Source: a virus (lineage: Duplodnaviria; Caudoviricetes). Taken from it: a stretch of DNA of 64,000 nucleotides. Positions 60,735 to 64,000 of this stretch are shown here, one piece after another. Position 1 is the stretch's first letter. Every line of letters begins with the position of its first letter. Both the position numbers and the translations under genes were made by a program. Below the pieces are notes generated by a model. It had not been told where the DNA came from and did no database searches. It was given only the letters and a program-made list of their open reading frames with translations. The stretch lies in IMG/VR virus record IMGVR_UViG_3300028048_003161. One strand, 5' to 3'.

Positions 60735-61607
60735 ATGGCAGAGAATGTTAAGTTTATATTTAAGTCACTGATTAAAGTACCAATCTTTATACTTGTTGCA
60801 TTCTTCATATTTAACATCTTTACTTTCTTTTTCATTTACTTCAAAATGTTGGGAATATCATATGTGGTTATGCAAACAGCAGTAGAGAATAATTACTTGC
60901 CTCAACAGGAGTTAACAACACTCAATAAGTACATGAAAAATCTGAATAAGATTTCATATGTAGAGAATGCACACGTAGTTGTAGATAATGATACATCAGG
61001 AGCAACATTATACAATGGTTCAGGAAATTACCTTGATGAAAATGGTAATGCAAAGGCTCTTAAGTCTGATGGACATAACTCAGTAACTCGTAGACAGTAT
61101 GGAAATTATATTGTCACAGGTGTTTATTGTAAATACAGAATAATTTGGCCTCTGCAGTATGTCGAAACAATGCATGACACTAATGCAGGTGTAGCTGGTA
61201 CAAATAGTAATAATAACAATACAGTAGAAACAAGTAACACTACATTGGCAAATAGGAGAAGTGATTCAAAACATGCAGTCTTGATACCAATTAAATTGGT
61301 TTATACAATACCTGGTTTGAAGTACTATCCTGATTTGGGTGTAGACTATACTAATAATGTATTTGACATAGATGAGAATCCAGACATCAACGATGATGAT
61401 ATCAACAATGGCAATTGGGATGACATTGATGATGGATATGACGATGATGATGGAGACTATGTTGATAGGGATACATCTGGGGACGAGAACTACAATGGAG
61501 ATATATCAGATGGACTAGACGACAATTTGGATGGCGACGATGGCGACGACTTTGATAACGGTGATGACGGCGACTTTGGAGACCTTGACGACAGTGATTT
61601 TGAGTAA
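60735..61607 (+). CDS. TadE-like minor pilin with Asp-rich tail
   Basis: N-terminal TM; C-terminal D/G-rich region. Confidence 0.55.
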   Translation: MAENVKFIFKSLIKVPIFILVAFFIFNIFTFFFIYFKMLGISYVVMQTAVENNYLPQQELTTLNKYMKNLNKISYVENAHVVVDNDTSGATLYNGSGNYLDENGNAKALKSDGHNSVTRRQYGNYIVTGVYCKYRIIWPLQYVETMHDTNAGVAGTNSNNNNTVETSNTTLANRRSDSKHAVLIPIKLVYTIPGLKYYPDLGVDYTNNVFDIDENPDINDDDINNGNWDDIDDGYDDDDGDYVDRDTSGDENYNGDISDGLDDNLDGDDGDDFDNGDDGDFGDLDDSDFE

Positions 61608-61622
61608 TAAGGAGTAAAGAAT

Positions 61623-62870
61623 ATGACAGTAAAAACAATATTTAGGACTCTGATAGGTACAATAATCATTATGGTTGTTGGGTCACTGCTTGTTGAGGTA
61701 TTTAATATCTCTGTAATTTCTTTACAGATCACACAGTTATCAAAAGAGGCAGCCAAGCAAGCTTGTGAGTTATTTTCACAGGAGTCATATAGACAGTTAT
61801 CAAATGAAGACGAGACAGCTGTTTATGGTGGTATGTACAGTATGAATGATGTGAAAGCAGAAGATGGTCATACATACATATCTGGTAAATTTTATGGAGC
61901 ACTCACAGATGATGCTGACAAGGATGCAAAAACTATATGGGCAAAGATTTATAAGAATAGTGACTTTGATAGTTTTTGCAGAGGTACCTTATCAACTAAC
62001 AGTAGAGGAACAAAGTTTAGCATAGACTCAGGTATTCAGGCATTAACAAATTTACAGTTGCTCGATAGAGGAATATTTGGAGATACAACTCAATCAAGTA
62101 CAGTAGATGAAGGTTGGGGTCATGATGATTATAGTGACGAGGCTCAGGTAGCTTCTGATAAAGCAAAAGCTAAGCAGTATGCAAATGAAATGTATACAGC
62201 AGTTAACTTGGGTGTGCCTTATATGGATGATGAGATACTCAATAAAATGTATCAGTGGAATTTAGCACAGTTACTTTCAAATTGTAATCCTGCTAACATT
62301 CATAAATCCGATGAGCCAACTGATCCTTCTAGCTATTACGTTGAGTTTAAGGGATTCAAGGTATTTTGTGACAAGGCAAGAATAACAGAGTACAGATACA
62401 ATGTGTTCAGCATTTTACCTAATACACCTTCAGAGTTGACAAATGCATTTAATGTTGGAGATTCACTTGATTTGTATAATTTAACACATATTCAATATAA
62501 TCCTAGCAGTGGTCAACTTGGTAATACAAATTTGAAAGAGCAGTTGGAAAAGAATGGAACTTCATTAGTTCAAGAGAGTGCTCCTTCATCATTTATAGGA
62601 GGTGCAGGTAGATTAAGTAATAGATATGACAATGCACTTGTAACTACAGTTAGTTTAAATTACAATGCACCTCTTACTTATGCAGGAATCACTCCAATTA
62701 AAAATATATTCAATTGGGTAAACAGCTATAGCGTTTCAGGTGTGGATAATGCAAGTAATTCACATTCAGGTGCAAAGTGGAATACCAGGGTTGCATATTT
62801 TGATGCTGATACAGCAGCAAGTGATGGATACTCTTCAACTGGAGAGTATGTATTTACTCTTATTAAGTAA
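61623..62870 (+). CDS. TadG/TadE-like minor pilin
   Basis: N-terminal TM followed by AAKQA helix typical of pseudopilins. Confidence 0.55.
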   Translation: MTVKTIFRTLIGTIIIMVVGSLLVEVFNISVISLQITQLSKEAAKQACELFSQESYRQLSNEDETAVYGGMYSMNDVKAEDGHTYISGKFYGALTDDADKDAKTIWAKIYKNSDFDSFCRGTLSTNSRGTKFSIDSGIQALTNLQLLDRGIFGDTTQSSTVDEGWGHDDYSDEAQVASDKAKAKQYANEMYTAVNLGVPYMDDEILNKMYQWNLAQLLSNCNPANIHKSDEPTDPSSYYVEFKGFKVFCDKARITEYRYNVFSILPNTPSELTNAFNVGDSLDLYNLTHIQYNPSSGQLGNTNLKEQLEKNGTSLVQESAPSSFIGGAGRLSNRYDNALVTTVSLNYNAPLTYAGITPIKNIFNWVNSYSVSGVDNASNSHSGAKWNTRVAYFDADTAASDGYSSTGEYVFTLIK

Positions 62871-62882
62871 AGGAGACAGTTT

Positions 62883-63749
62883 ATGGGTAATGAGAAAGAA
62901 TTAGAAAATGAAGCTCTTGACTTTGATGTTGAAGAGAATACACTTGGAGATATGGAAGTTGCAGAGGAAAGTTTAGATGAGCAGACAGAAGAGGCAACAC
63001 AGGACTTAGGTAGTACAGTTGATAATTCAGAAGAGACTAATGAAGTAGAAACTGACAGCACTAGTAATAAAAAAGATAAAAAGAAAAAGGAAAAGAAAGC
63101 TAAGGCTAATAAGAAAAAGACAGCTAAGGAAAGTGAAAATGCAGAAGAAAAACCTGTTGAGCAGGTTGAAGATGTTGTGCTATACATCATAACTGATAGA
63201 CATTTACCGAATATGATACAATACTATAGAGAAAGGGGTGTAAACGTATCAAATATTTTTGATAGCATAGAGGATGCCAGGTCAGCATTGATTTTGAATA
63301 TTGAGAAATCAAGACTTGTAATTTTAGACACAGGAATGGGTCAGTTCTCAAATATGGGAACACGTAGACAAATTATTGACCTCATTGGTATTAGTGATGA
63401 GGAAAACAGAATTTCTGTTTATTACACTGATAGTGTAATCAAGTCAGAGGTTGAGTATTCTGACGAGGTTATGGGAAGAGAGATCAGTTGGCATAAGTAT
63501 AGATCTACAGCTGATGTTATAGCACACATTTTGAAACATAAAAATGAGCATTATGTATTGAATTTCAACGCTGACAAAGATGGTTCAGACTCAAAACCAG
63601 TTTATATGGACAGACCTGGATTTAAGGTTGACGTTGAGAAAGTACCTGTAATTGGGACAATGGCTTTCACATCTAAAGATGTTATGAGACATTTAGATGA
63701 GGAGAGTGCAGAAGTTAATCAATTAGAGGCATATGAAGTTCATATGTAA
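62883..63749 (+). CDS. hypothetical protein (acidic N-terminus, receiver-like alpha/beta domain)
   Basis: AAGGAG RBS; LVILD segment reminiscent of a receiver fold. Confidence 0.6.
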   Translation: MGNEKELENEALDFDVEENTLGDMEVAEESLDEQTEEATQDLGSTVDNSEETNEVETDSTSNKKDKKKKEKKAKANKKKTAKESENAEEKPVEQVEDVVLYIITDRHLPNMIQYYRERGVNVSNIFDSIEDARSALILNIEKSRLVILDTGMGQFSNMGTRRQIIDLIGISDEENRISVYYTDSVIKSEVEYSDEVMGREISWHKYRSTADVIAHILKHKNEHYVLNFNADKDGSDSKPVYMDRPGFKVDVEKVPVIGTMAFTSKDVMRHLDEESAEVNQLEAYEVHM

Positions 63750-63778
63750 TAACTCATAATTTTAGGAGGGAACAGATT

Positions 63779-64000
63779 ATGAGAAAGAAATTGACAAGTT
63801 TAATGTTGGTTCTTGCATTTGTAATTACTTCAATACTTGGAGTAATGGGTGGAACTACAGAGGTACAAGCAGAGGACTGCATACCTTTTAAGTCAGCTCA
63901 CTCAATCAAAGTTGATGGAGTAATTTACAGGACAGCACCTTTACCTGATGGAGATGCAGAGAGTGTAGATTCAGACAAGGTTTATGGAGTTACAGCAATA
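63779..64000 (+). CDS. 5' end of a secreted protein (runs off the right edge)
   Basis: AGGAGG RBS; MRKKLTSLMLVLAFVITSILGVMGGTTEVQA|ED signal peptide; open to the window end. Confidence 0.75.
   Translation, partial: MRKKLTSLMLVLAFVITSILGVMGGTTEVQAEDCIPFKSAHSIKVDGVIYRTAPLPDGDAESVDSDKVYGVTAI

Noticed and set aside
298-63190. The many minus-strand ORFs in the track (e.g. 1861-2205, 23568-23978, 51458-51934, 62726-63190)
   Set aside because: They are antisense shadows of + strand genes or of low-complexity DNA, rich in S/L/F/I, with no RBS or recognisable motifs.
1-64000. tRNA, rRNA, riboswitch, IS or prophage structural genes
   Set aside because: None recognised by eye; a covariance-model search (tRNAscan-SE, Rfam) would be needed to exclude small RNAs.

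Overview
A 64-kb, AT-rich, strongly G>C-skewed segment in which every credible gene lies on the + strand. There are no rRNA, tRNA or ribosomal/core-metabolic genes, no phage structural genes and no transposases or integrase. GGAGG RBSs and sigma-A-type promoters point to a low-GC Firmicute (Clostridia-like) host. The content best fits one replichore of a large, probably transmissible extrachromosomal element (inference). Recognisable modules: a Cys-xxx repeat peptide at the left edge; two paralogous N6-adenine MTases, one split at a G7 tract and one cotranscribed with McrBC; an AAA/PD-(D/E)xK protein; UvrD, RNase HI, RecJ-like and PC4-like DNA metabolism genes; a modification island (HipA-like kinase plus partner, two ADP-ribosyltransferases of different clades, NADAR, sialyltransferase-like GT, SemiSWEET); an NlpC/P60 hydrolase; and a Tad/Flp-type pilus locus with non-canonical pilins. 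The main unexplained structure is (i) three 0.7-0.9 kb intergenic arrays of a GATGCA-type core at ~22-bp spacing, (ii) a ~3.3-kb ORF-free region of helically phased GAC(A/T)(A/T)T boxes followed by two paralogous orphan genes (candidate origin or centromere), (iii) a ~60-70 aa N-terminal module fused to unrelated cargo domains, (iv) a tandem family of about 9 highly diverged paralogs at 10.5-16.6 kb, and (v) five single-base homopolymer frameshifts confined to the first 12 kb. All family assignments come from motif recognition by eye; no searches were run.
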